From: Azolla caroliniana
Lineage: Eukaryota > Plantae > Polypodiophyta
Assembly (NCBI GenBank): GCA_043228905.1
Contig: JBHGNT010000013.1
Location: 12,524,001-12,588,000 of the forward strand
Length of the DNA stretch: 64,000 bases
Reading direction: 5' to 3'
A program made the translations under genes and the position numbers. The notes beneath the pieces were generated by a model, which ran no database searches, was not told the DNA's origin, and saw only the letters and a list, made by a program, of their open reading frames with translations. Each line of letters begins with the position of its first letter. Position 1 is the stretch's first letter. Below, piece by piece: positions 33,845-44,535 of the stretch.

Positions 33845-36800
33845 TTGCTTCAACCCATTGTGGATCTTCAACGGTATGCATGTAGTCGTTGTACCCGAAT
33901 TGATTGACTAGGTTCTTTTCTCAGGTGGAGTGACAAAGTTTTTTGTTTGCCGCTATGAGTGCTTTCTTTACTTCGGGTGTCCTCATGATGGGAACACTGA
34001 ATTCATTGTCAACTGTTTGTACCCATTCATCTGCATCACTCTTGTCGGAGTGGTTGTCCTCATACTTGAGCATTTTGGCCTTTCCTTTGTATGATATTGG
34101 ACTTGGTTGTGACATGCTTTTCTCGCTTGTAGGCTCTTGTGGTTCACTCAATTTGGTTGAGATCAGGCTCTCCTCAGGTATTACCCTTAGTTGTTCATTG
34201 TCGTCCTAGTTGACTTCAAAATTGCCCATGATTTGTTGGGGCAAAGTAGGCTTAGGTGCATACCATGATGTTGATTCATCAAACAAAACTTCATCGTTCA
34301 TTGCTTCGACCCATTGTGAATCTTGAGCGGCTTCGGCAAAGCTTTCCGGCTCTCGAATGGTTGCCAGCTTCATCATAAAGGCATAGTGGTATGCCATGTA
34401 GTCGTTATACCCGAATTGACTGACTGGGCTCTTTTCTCAGGTGGAGTGACGAAGTTTTTCGTTTGCCACTATCAGTGCTTTCTTTACTTCGGGTGTCCTC
34501 ATGATGGGAACACTGAATTCGTTGTCAACTGTTTGGGTCCATTCATCTGCATCACTCTTGTCAGAGTGGTTGTCCTCATACTCAAGCATTTTGCCATTTC
34601 CTTTGTCCAATATCGAACTTGGCTGTGACATGCTTTGTTCTCTTGTAGGCTCTTGTGGTTCACTCAGTCTAGTTGAGGTCAGAATCTCCTCGGGTATTAC
34701 CCTTAGCTGTTCGTTGTCGTTCGGGTTGACTGTTGTATGATTTTAGGGTTAGGGTTAATGATAATCATGATTGATTATTGGTGATAATTATGATGATTGG
34801 TAATGAAGATAGACATAGTGATGGAGAGTATGATTGTGAGAGAGATCATATAGAGAAGCATAGAGAAGCATTGTGGAGTGGGGGGTGGTGCCTAGAATGG
34901 CTCCACCCCCCTCCCAAGGGGGTTCAACGTAAGGGGAGATAAAAGAGAGAGATGACAAGAGAGAGATTGAGAGAGAGAGAAATGGTTATTCATGTTTAAT
35001 TCATTCCCCATAAGGGGTTAAATAGTACAAGAGGGGGTAGATACATAGGGGTGTAAGCCCCATTGAGCATTCATACTGGACACTCACTCACACCTCCTCG
35101 TAGCCATCCACATGCACACACGTGTGCATGTGTTCACATACGTATAGACTCACAATTACATTTATGCCTCCTACACATACACAACAACATCATGATAACA
35201 TTCGACCCTCGATCATCACACTTGACTCTTCGTACATCTCGTACGGGGTAACACAATATGGCACGCCCGTGGTAAAGTGCCTTGCACGTCGATCCCACAT
35301 GCCTTGATGATGATATTTCTTTGACAGGAACTTCCATCGGTCCTTTCAACGATCGACTCCCTTGATCAGAGTGCTTGACTCGAACATCTTTGTCGGTCAA
35401 CGAATCTTCCGCGACACGAACCTTCTCGTTTTGTCGGCTTACGAACTTTGGTAACATCATTCGGGTCGTTAAAAAGGCGTTGTATGTATGTGTGTTCTTC
35501 TTTGTATCTTGTGAGTTGTGTGTGGATCACGTCCATTTCTTTTAGGTAGATGAGTTTTAGAAATTGCCTCGTTGCCCTTTGGTTATTAAAACTCTAATAC
35601 ATACCCTCGAACTTTTGAATTTGCAATGGGTACCCTCAAGGTTTTGAAATTTGTTGCCCTTGTCTTTGTCTTTTCCTTTCTCCTTTCTGTTTTGTCTTCC
35701 TCTCTTTCTTCATTTTTTTTCTTCTTCCTGTATGTTGGTCCATTTGTGTCTCCTTCTCTTCTCTTTCTTCATTTCTACTTCTCTGTCTCTCCTGGTTGCT
35801 TCTTTGTCTGTCCGTGGTTTTTGGTGTCTTTCTCTTCTTCCATGACATCTTTTTCTTCCTTCACTGTTCTTCTTCTTCCTTGCATTTCTCTTCTCTCTTC
35901 TTCTTATTTTCTGCATGTCTACCTCTTTCTTTCTATTTTCTTTTCCCGCTTCTCTACTTGCCTTCCTGTCTCTCCTCTCTTCTTCTGTTGTTCTTCTGTA
36001 TTTGTCTTCCTCTTCCTTGCTCATTTTTCTCCATCCTCTGTCTTAAGCCTTCTCTGCCTTCTCTTCTATACTCTCTACTTTCTTCTCTGTGTGTTCTAGT
36101 TCCTTCTCTCATTCCATGGTCTCTCCGTCACTATCTCCATTTCTTTGTCTCTGTCGTCTACCGGCCACTCGTGACCGTTGGTTGTCGCCGCTCCTCTATC
36201 TGTCGCCGATACTATCCGGCCCGTTGTTTTGGCGTCAGTTGTCCAGCCTTTCTGGGCGCATTTCAGCCACTCCGGCCATTCCGGCTGCATTTCAGCCATT
36301 TCTGTGCATTTCAGCCGCCTCGACTGCAACCGGCTCCTTTCCGGTGGCTGCCCTTGTTTTGCCGTCATCATCGTTGTTCCGACCGCTCTTTGATTGCTTG
36401 TCCTTCTGGTCCTGCATCCGCGGTTGTCTCCATCTACATATTGGTGTATCTCCTTCCGACCGGTTGTCGTCTCTGTCCATCTATGCCTCGTTTGTTGTTG
36501 TGTGTGTCTGTTTGGCCCTTCGTTTCAGCGTCATCTCCGATCCGGTCGTCGATTGTTCAGCCACCGCCATCGCTCTGGCCGGTTCCGTCTCTGTCCGGGC
36601 CTATCTGGCCACTCTGGCCACTGGTCGGCTATTCCGGTCGCTTTGGCCGCTCCTCGGCTCTCGGTTGCTCCGGCTGCCTCCGTTGCGGACTCCATCACCG
36701 TCTCTGTCGGTTTCGTCGTCGTTCGACACCGTCCGTCATCCTGGCGGCCTGTTTGCTTCCCTCACCTTGTCCGGCCCTCCGGCCGCTCCGGCTGCTGTCG

Positions 36801-38640
36801 GTTGGTGATGACCGTTCCTGAAGCCTCTCTCATCTTCGTCGGCCCTGTCCGGCCGGTCTGCAGTCGCGTGGCCGGTCTGTTCAGTCGTCATCCGGTTGTC
36901 AGCCGTTGATATCTGACGGTTGTCTCTCCGTCCGTCGCTTTTTGGCGTCACTGTTGTTGTTTCGGCTCTGTCTACTCTAACGGCCGCCTAGCCATTACGG
37001 CCGCTTCGGTGCCAACCAACTCTTGTTCTGGTTCCAACTTTTTCCGCGTTGCTTCTCGGGAAACTGGAAACTGTGAACACGTCCCATTCCGGTCCCGCAC
37101 ATCTTGCTGGCCCACGCTCCACACATTGCGTCTTCCTCCGCAGTCTCCTTGGAACACGCACACGTTGCTGCTAACCGCACATTTGCACATTGTCATTTCC
37201 ATTCTCGCACACTCATGTAACGCCATCCTTTTGCAACTTGTTTTGCAACTTCCTCTCATGTATTGACACCGTTTTTGTACATCTTGGCCAACATTTCTCG
37301 GACATTTAGGGCAAAAACAGACCACACAAAACATTCACATATAGAGATTAATTTGTTGTAGAATTGTGCAACAGTCAATCTTGTCAATCTTCCATTTCTG
37401 ATTTCTTCCGCCTTTTGCTGCATATCGCCATCATTACCCGGACATCTCTTACATATCATCATCACTATGCCTCACATTGTCGCGTATCATTCTTCGACTC
37501 CGTCTCCAAAGGGGGGTCGCCTTAGTGGTCGCCAAAAGGTGTTGTATGTTTTAGGGCTAGGGTTAAGGACGATGATAATCATGATAAAGATAGACATGGT
37601 GGTTATGATGATGATGGAGAGTATGGGATTGATGGCGAGAGAGATCATGTGCATTGAGAAGCATTGCGGGGTGGGGGGTGGTGCCTAGAATGGCTCCACC
37701 CCCCTCCCAAGGGGGTTCAACGTTAAGGGGAGGGAAGAGAGAGAGAGAGATGAAAAGAGAGATAGATAGAGAGAAATGATTCATTTTTCATTCATTCCCC
37801 ATAAGGGGGTTAAATAGTACAAGAGGGGGTAGATACAAAGGGGTGTAAGCCCCCTAGAGCATTCATACTGGACACTCACTCATACCTCCTCGTATCCATC
37901 CACATGCACACACGTGTGCATGTGTTCACATACGTATCGACTCACAATTACATTTATGCCCCCTACACATACACAACATTATGATAACATTCGACCCTCG
38001 CTCATCACACTTGACTCTCCGTACATCTCGTACGAGGTAACATTGACTTCAAAATCAGTCATGATTTGTTGGGGCGAAGTCGGCTCAGGTGCATACCATG
38101 ATGTTGATTCATCAAACACGACTTCGCCGTTCATTGCTTCAACCCATCATGGATCTTGAGCAGCTTCGACAAAGCTTTTCGACTCTCGAATGGTTGCCAT
38201 CTTCATCATAAAGGCATAGTGGTATGCCATGTAGTTGTTGTACCGGAATTGATTGAATTGGTTCTTTTGTCAGGTGGAGTGACGAAGTTTTTCGTTTGCC
38301 GCTATGAGTGCTTTCTTTACTTCGGGTGTTCTCATGATGGGAACACTGAATTTGATGTCAACTGTTTGTGCACATTCATCTGCATCACTATTGTCAGAGT
38401 GGTTGTCCTCATACTTGAGCCTTTTGGCCTTTCCTTGTCTGATATCGGACTTGGCTATGACATGCTCTGCTCGGTTATAGGCTCTTGTGGTTCACTCAAT
38501 CTGGTTGAGATCAGACTCTCCTTGGGTATTACCCTTAGTTGTTTGTCGTCGTCTGAGTTGACTTCAAAATCAGCCATGATTTGTTGGGGTGAAGTCGGCT
38601 TAGGTGCGTACCATGATGTTGATTCATCAAACACAATGTC
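33845..38640 (-). repeat. Tandem triplication (~450-520-bp unit) of the Copia-2 INT-RT linker
   Basis: Unit 'FDESTSWY..EPQEP..HSDKSDADE..PIMRTPEVKKALI..WVEAM' occurs at ~33845-34290, 34291-34730+38048-38125 and 38126-38640. Confidence 0.85.
34731..38042 (+). mobile_element. Non-autonomous LTR element without gag/pol (LARD/TRIM-like)
   Basis: LTRs 34731-35253 and 37540-38042; TSD TTGAC; PBS-like TGGCACGCCC 35259-35268; 2.3-kb pyrimidine-rich interior. Confidence 0.88.
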
Positions 38641-38797
38641 TCGACTTATGCAAACCTTTCAAGTGTCAGGAACTCTATTAAGGCAGAGAAGGAATTAGTA
38701 CTAAAAGAAGGATTAGTACTATTGTTGGGGAATAGTACTAAGACAGAGAAGGATTAGTACTATGAGAGGTGTCGAACTTTTGAGAGAAGGAATGAGT

Positions 38798-38801
<4 letters not shown>

Positions 38802-38847
<46 letters not shown>
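38802..38847. repeat. (GA)23 microsatellite inside the LTR (second copy 44127-44172)
   Basis: Direct reading; same length in both LTRs. Confidence 0.95.
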
Positions 38848-38851
<4 letters not shown>

Positions 38852-39133
38852 TGATGCGAAAGATATATGTATTATATGAAGGAAGATATACAACAGTAGT
38901 TAGAAGGCTTAAGACTGGCGTTGAACCGATTTGGTTCGAACTAATGCCTTGCGCCTCCTTTTATAGTGTCTTCAGGAATACTCCTGAAGTTTCTAGAATG
39001 TTCCAGAGAAATCTGGAATATACATCAATTTCCCAATAAAACCTAAATGAAAATAATATCCTTCAAATTACAATTCATAACCTAATGGTAAAGTCTCGAC
39101 CCGTGTAACAAAAGGTTATGGGTTCGAGTCTAG

Positions 39134-42100
39134 TTATGACACTATCCCCCCTTTAAAACGACGAGTTCCACGAGTCGTTTTGGATTGAGGACCCGGTTTC
39201 TCGGGATATCGTCGATGGAAGTCTTCTAGAAGAGCACGAGCATTGGTCACATTCTCGATCGGTTCCCAAGTACGCTCGCTGGGACTATATCCTAGCCAAT
39301 CGACTAGATAGTAGAGCTTGTTGCGAACAATCTTGGAATCGAGGATGGCAGCGACCTCATACTCAGGTCCATCTTCGAGCTCGATAGGAGGTGGTGGTTG
39401 TATAGTACGTCCTGGGATAGTGCTCTCGTGATAGGGTTCGAGGAGAGAACTATGAAACACCGGATGTATCCGAAGTTGCGGAGGTAGCTCGAGACGAAAA
39501 GAGACATCATTAATCTTCCCGATAATACGGAAAGGACCTAATCGCCGATAATCCAACTTCTCACATGGGCGAGTAGTCTTGATGTGTCGTCGTAGCAGCC
39601 ACACCCGATCTCCAATGTTAAAACTGGATGGAAGTCGATGACGATCTGCGTAGTCCTTGTGTGATTGTTGAGCTTGCTGGAGTTGAGTAGATAAATCCGC
39701 TTGTATCTTGCGTAACCGCTCCAAACGATCCTCCGCGCAAGGATTTGTGGACACTTCTGGGGTTTCAAGGACACACCACCGGGGATGATATCCCGTATAA
39801 GCGTAGAATGGCGTGACTTTAGTCGATGCGTGGATAGTGTTATTATAGGCAAATTCGGCGAACTGAAGAATATCTGCCCAGTCATTCTGATGATAGTTGA
39901 GAAAGCACCGCAGATACTGCTCCAGTGTTTGATTTGTTCGTTCGGCTTGACCGTCGGTTTGTGGGTGGTAGCCGGAGGAGAGGTTACAAGTGACCTTCAG
40001 CATTTTAAAAAGGTGCTTCCAGAATTTTGACACAAACTGGGGTCCACGATCGCTGATGATATTATCAGGGAGTCCATGATGCCGACATACTTCCCGCATG
40101 ACAATTTCGGCGGTGTCTTCACTAGATATTTCTTTAGTACATGGTAAGAAATGAGCCATCTTCGTATATCGATCCACCACTGTGAGAATCGCACTGAATC
40201 CCTTAGAGACTGGAAGATCTGTAATGAAGTCAAGAGCAATGGATTGCCATGGCTTGCTTGGAATTGGTAATGGTTCTAATAAACCATATGGATGATGTCT
40301 TGGCATTTTCGCTCTGCAGCATGTATCGCAAGTCCGAACAAAATCTTCGACAAATTGTCGCATACGGGGCCACCAGAATGATCGTTGTACTAAATCTAAT
40401 GTTTTAGTACTACCAAAATGTCCTGCTGTATATGTGTCATGGCAATTTTGTACTACTCGAAGGCGGCAAGAACCATTAGGAACATACAAAAGTTCTTTAA
40501 AGAAGAGTAATCCATCACAGTATTTGAATTGCCGATAATCCGTACCTGGTGATTGTGATTGTGAACATGACGCTCGAGAGGGGTCAATTTGTGCTAGTAT
40601 AGCTTGGGCGAAAGCGTCAGTCTTCAAGTCCTCACGTATAGTATTGGTAATGTCGGAATCCACGGGCATGTCAAAGACTTGTGCTGCTTGCAGTCGTGCT
40701 GGACCCAAGATTACTTGCTTCTGGTTATCGAAAGCTGGCTCACCGGGACGTGGTGTTAGATACGAACGCCGTGATAATGCATCTGCCTTCCCTTGGTGCT
40801 TCCCCGGACGATATGTAATTTTGAAGTCGAAGCGTGTGAGGAAGTGGGCCCACCGAGCTTGACGTCGATTCAGTACACGAGCATCTTGAAAGTAGGCAAG
40901 GTTCTTGTGGTCACTGAATACAGTGACCTGATGAGGAGATCCCTCCAGGAAATGCCTCCATTGCATAAAAGAATCAACTATTGCTAATAGCTCTTTATCA
41001 TGAATTTCGTAGTTGATTTCGGCGGCGTCAAACTTACGGGAGTGGAAAGCCACAGGATGTAGCTTCTCGTCGTTACCCTGTTGTGACAGAATGCTCCCCA
41101 ATGCGAAATCCGATGCGTCAGCTTCGATAATGAATGGTTTTTCCGGATCCACATGACCTAAAATTGGAGCTGATGTAAACGCCTTCTTAAGACTCTCGAA
41201 AGCCATGTCCGTCTCTTTAGACCAAATGAATGATTGTCCCTTCCTGGTGAGCTGTGTGAGAGGCAGCACAATTTTTGAGTAATTTTGTATGAACTTCCGG
41301 TAAAAATTTGCAAAGCCTAGGAAACATTGCACATCCCGCACCGAACGCGGAGTGTGCCATTCTATCACCGTTTTCACCTTGGCTGGGTCCATAGATATGC
41401 CTTCTGAGGAGATGACATAGCCGAGAAATTCCACTTGGTTGCACCCGAAACTACATTTCTCTAACTTTGCATACAGACCATGTTCTCGAAGTCGTTTTAG
41501 TACTAATAGTACATGAGAATCATGTTCTTCTTGGGTCTTTGAATAAACCAGTAGATCATCCAAATAGATGATCAAAAAATCATCCAAGAGATCTCGAAAT
41601 ATATCATTCGCCATGTGCTGGAAGACTGCCGGCGCATTAGTGAGTCCGAACGGCATGACCGTATACTCGAAGTGCCCATATCTGGTGCGAAACGCGGTCT
41701 TCCATTCATCTCCTGGTCGGATCCGTACGAGGTTATAGGCTCCTCGTAAGTCGATCTTCGTGAAGAACCTGGCACCGTTGATCCGTTCTAAAAGACTTGA
41801 GATAAGGGGAAGAGCATACCTATTTCTTACTGTGACCTTATTCAAGCCACGGTAATCTACAACGAGTCGAAGCGAGCCATCTTTTTTCTTGACGAAGAAA
41901 ATGGGTGCACCGGCTGGAGATTTCGAATGCCGAATGAAACCGTTCTCCAAATTCTCCTCTATATAGGCTCGGAGGACTTCTAGCTCGGTTGGTGACAAAT
42001 TGTAGATCGGCCCCCATGGCGGCTCTTTTCCCGGTTGTAAGTCGATGGCGCAATCGTACGGCCGATGATGAGGAAGTGTGTTGGCTTGTACTTTATCGAA

Positions 42101-42730
42101 CACATCAGCATACTGACGATACTTCTCGGGAAGTTGAACGGTGGACTCCTCTTTGGTGGTGCTGGAGGGTTGTACTGATATTGCGAAGAGAAACATTTCC
42201 TCCTTGCGCCCTTCCTCACGCAACTGATGTAGCGAAATGGTTGCAACCTTCTGGGTAGATCCTTGGGTTTGTCGCAACCGGATTTCCCTTGTCCTCCAAT
42301 CTATGTCTGGGTTATGTAACTCGAACCATGGTAATCCTAAAACTATGGGATGTTCTGGAATACTAATAATATTAAATGATACTACACATGTTAAGTTATC
42401 TAGGACAATATTAACGGGTTCCGACTCTTCTATGATATTACCAGAAGCAATGGGACGACCATCAATGACTACTACTGAGGCTGGACATGGGAGCTTTCTG
42501 AGAGATATCTGATGAGCTCGGGCAAAATTCCTATCCATGAAGCAAGAATTAGCTCCGGAATCTAGAAGGGCTAAGGTATATACTGGAGGGGTACTTTTAG
42601 TACTAACTGCTACTTGGGCTACGAACACATCACTAACTTGCTTAGAGGGAATGGAACCACTAATGGGCTGCACAGATCTAGGGCTGTCCAACCAAACGGC
42701 TCCTATTTTGGCTGGACTTAGTCGTTTAAC
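39134..42730 (-). CDS. pol: Pol (PR, RT, RNase H, INT, canonical chromodomain), probably expressed by -1 frameshift from gag
   Basis: LLDSGA, YLDD, EADASDFALG, HHCC, DFI..SDRG..QAERTN, GPF, YEVAAILDS..YYLVDWLGY..TWEP; frame is open upstream to the slippery site and has no ATG start. Confidence 0.95.
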   Translation of the reverse strand, partial: VKRLSPAKIGAVWLDSPRSVQPISGSIPSKQVSDVFVAQVAVSTKSTPPVYTLALLDSGANSCFMDRNFARAHQISLRKLPCPASVVVIDGRPIASGNIIEESEPVNIVLDNLTCVVSFNIISIPEHPIVLGLPWFELHNPDIDWRTREIRLRQTQGSTQKVATISLHQLREEGRKEEMFLFAISVQPSSTTKEESTVQLPEKYRQYADVFDKVQANTLPHHRPYDCAIDLQPGKEPPWGPIYNLSPTELEVLRAYIEENLENGFIRHSKSPAGAPIFFVKKKDGSLRLVVDYRGLNKVTVRNRYALPLISSLLERINGARFFTKIDLRGAYNLVRIRPGDEWKTAFRTRYGHFEYTVMPFGLTNAPAVFQHMANDIFRDLLDDFLIIYLDDLLVYSKTQEEHDSHVLLVLKRLREHGLYAKLEKCSFGCNQVEFLGYVISSEGISMDPAKVKTVIEWHTPRSVRDVQCFLGFANFYRKFIQNYSKIVLPLTQLTRKGQSFIWSKETDMAFESLKKAFTSAPILGHVDPEKPFIIEADASDFALGSILSQQGNDEKLHPVAFHSRKFDAAEINYEIHDKELLAIVDSFMQWRHFLEGSPHQVTVFSDHKNLAYFQDARVLNRRQARWAHFLTRFDFKITYRPGKHQGKADALSRRSYLTPRPGEPAFDNQKQVILGPARLQAAQVFDMPVDSDITNTIREDLKTDAFAQAILAQIDPSRASCSQSQSPGTDYRQFKYCDGLLFFKELLYVPNGSCRLRVVQNCHDTYTAGHFGSTKTLDLVQRSFWWPRMRQFVEDFVRTCDTCCRAKMPRHHPYGLLEPLPIPSKPWQSIALDFITDLPVSKGFSAILTVVDRYTKMAHFLPCTKEISSEDTAEIVMREVCRHHGLPDNIISDRGPQFVSKFWKHLFKMLKVTCNLSSGYHPQTDGQAERTNQTLEQYLRCFLNYHQNDWADILQFAEFAYNNTIHASTKVTPFYAYTGYHPRWCVLETPEVSTNPCAEDRLERLRKIQADLSTQLQQAQQSHKDYADRHRLPSSFNIGDRVWLLRRHIKTTRPCEKLDYRRLGPFRIIGKINDVSFRLELPPQLRIHPVFHSSLLEPYHESTIPGRTIQPPPPIELEDGPEYEVAAILDSKIVRNKLYYLVDWLGYSPSERTWEPIENVTNARALLEDFHRRYPEKPGPQSKTTRGTRRFKGGIVS
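42679..42730 (-). promoter_or_regulatory. Predicted -1 ribosomal frameshift signal (G_UUA_AAC, 6-nt spacer, stem-loop/pseudoknot)
   Basis: Minus strand: GTTAAAC gactaa GTCCAGCCAAA ataggagccg TTTGGTTGGAC agcCCTA; pol is in the -1 frame relative to gag. Confidence 0.8.
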
Positions 42731-43887
42731 TCTTCTTCTAATTGGCTAAGGACATCAAATTTGTTTGCGAGATTCGGACTATTAGTACTATTAGGACTAT
42801 TATGACTATGAGGACTATCAGAGATTCCTACTGAAATAGACTCGGGTTTAGTATAGTCAGAACTAACAACGACTTGGTTTACCTGCCTTCTTGGTCTATG
42901 GGGACAGTTTATCGCGATATGCCCTGGTCCACCGCAATAAAGGCATAATCGGTTTGTTCGGCGTCGTTGCTTTTCCTCCTCCGATAGCGGCCCACGACGA
43001 CGTGTAGTGTCAATTTCCATTGGAGTTGGAGTACTTACTGGAGGCGCATTATGTGACTCCCTTTGAAAAGGTTTTGCTACCACTGAGGCATAGGTAGGCT
43101 CGGATCTTGCCCTCGGCATCTGAAATTGTCGTTCCGAACGTCGCTCGAAGAGGCGGTTGTCACATCTTACCGCTCGACTGATTGCTTCTGTTAATGATTT
43201 TGGCTCTTCAGGGAAAGTCAAGAGTAAATCCTTGACATCGTTGCGTAGACCATAGCGGAACTGCTCCATCAATGCTTGATCATCCCAGGGGATATCGGCG
43301 GCGAGTAGGCGGAAATCTGCAGCATATGTGGAGGCTGGACGGTCACCTTGGCGTAATCGCCGGATTTTGTTGATTGCAGTCCTTATGCTGTCAGTATCTC
43401 CAAAACATGCTTTAAACTCACTTATGAATTCTTCAAAATTATTTAGTACTGGAGATTCCTTTTCTAGTAGCGGAGCGAACCATGCTAATGCTGAGCCATT
43501 TAACAACGTGCCTACTAAACCCACTCGTGATGCATCGGTGGGATATCGGGACGGATGCATTTGAATAACTAACCGTACCTGGTTAAGAAACCCTCTAAAC
43601 TGCGATCGCGTTCCATCGAACTTCGTGGGAAGGCCAATCTTGGGTTCTTTATGAATCCCTTGTGCTCCGTGCCCTTGTTGTTGCATTGCTACGATGGTTG
43701 CTTCGAGTTGTTGCACGCGTAACGCAAGTTCCCCATGCTGTTGTTGCGTTTGCTGCTTTTCTAAGGAAATTTGCTGAAGATCCCCCAACAAGCGTTGATT
43801 TTCTTGTTCCAAAGCATGAAACTTCTCTTTCAAGCATTGAAATTCCGAGAAAACGGATTGATACTCTTCAGCGCTAACGGTGGCCAT
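42718..43887 (-). CDS. gag: Gag (coiled-coil N-terminus, capsid, CCHC knuckle), 389 aa
   Basis: PTKFDGTRSQFRGFL, LRQGDRPASTY, PTPMEID, CLYCGGPGHIAINC. Confidence 0.95.
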   Translation of the reverse strand: MATVSAEEYQSVFSEFQCLKEKFHALEQENQRLLGDLQQISLEKQQTQQQHGELALRVQQLEATIVAMQQQGHGAQGIHKEPKIGLPTKFDGTRSQFRGFLNQVRLVIQMHPSRYPTDASRVGLVGTLLNGSALAWFAPLLEKESPVLNNFEEFISEFKACFGDTDSIRTAINKIRRLRQGDRPASTYAADFRLLAADIPWDDQALMEQFRYGLRNDVKDLLLTFPEEPKSLTEAISRAVRCDNRLFERRSERQFQMPRARSEPTYASVVAKPFQRESHNAPPVSTPTPMEIDTTRRRGPLSEEEKQRRRTNRLCLYCGGPGHIAINCPHRPRRQVNQVVVSSDYTKPESISVGISDSPHSHNSPNSTNSPNLANKFDVLSQLEEELND

Positions 43888-43976
43888 GGGATGAAGGAAA
43901 AGGGAAATAAGAGACTAGTAGGAAAGGAGGGAGACAGAAGGAAGAGGGAGAGAAAAGACCAGACAGGCACCCGAAA

Positions 43977-43988
43977 ATCGGTTCAAAC
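43977..43988 (-). promoter_or_regulatory. Self-priming PBS (Tf1-type)
   Basis: GTTTGAACCGAT follows the 5' LTR, lacks TGG, and is complementary to ATCGGTTCAA in the LTR (44246-44255) about 30 nt downstream of a TATAAAA box. Confidence 0.8.
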
Positions 43989-44122
43989 TGTCAGGAACTC
44001 TATTAAGGCAGAGAAGGAATTAGTACTAAAAGAAGGATTAGTACTATTGTTGGGGAATAGTACTAAGACAGAGAAGGATTAGTACTATGAGAGGTGTCGA
44101 ACTTTTGAGAGAAGGAATGAGT

Positions 44123-44176
<54 letters not shown>

Positions 44177-44535
44177 TGATGCGAAAGATATATGTATTAT
44201 ATGAAGGAAGATATACAACAGTAGTTAGAAGGCTTAAGACTGGCGTTGAACCGATTTGGTTCGAACTAATGCCTTGCGCCTCCTTTTATAGTGTCTTCAG
44301 GAATACTCCTGAAGTTTCTAGAATGTTCCAGAGAAATCTGGAATATACATCAATTTCCCAATAAAACCTAAATGAAAATAATATCCTTCAAATTACAATT
44401 CATAACCTAATGGTAAAGTCTCGACCCGTGTAACAAAAGGTTATGGGTTCGAGTCTAGTTATGACATCAAGTAGATGGGTTGAAGCATTTGTAACCGTTT
44501 TGCTCAAGCGAGTACCCCACAAGGATGCACTTCTC

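Larger units (their letters stand above)
38664..44466 (-). mobile_element. Intact Tcn1-like Ty3/Gypsy chromovirus, very recent insertion
   Basis: 478-bp LTRs 38664-39141 and 43989-44466 with no difference seen; TSD TCAAG; PPT ~39142-39156; open gag and pol. Confidence 0.97.

Noticed and set aside
35626-36909. Hydrophobic 'membrane/env-like' ORFs (157, 341, 239 aa)
   Set aside because: Produced by C/T low complexity; several frames are open at once and no domain is recognisable
38800-39039. RERERE ORFs (also 44125-44364)
   Set aside because: Translation of the (GA)n microsatellite in the LTRs
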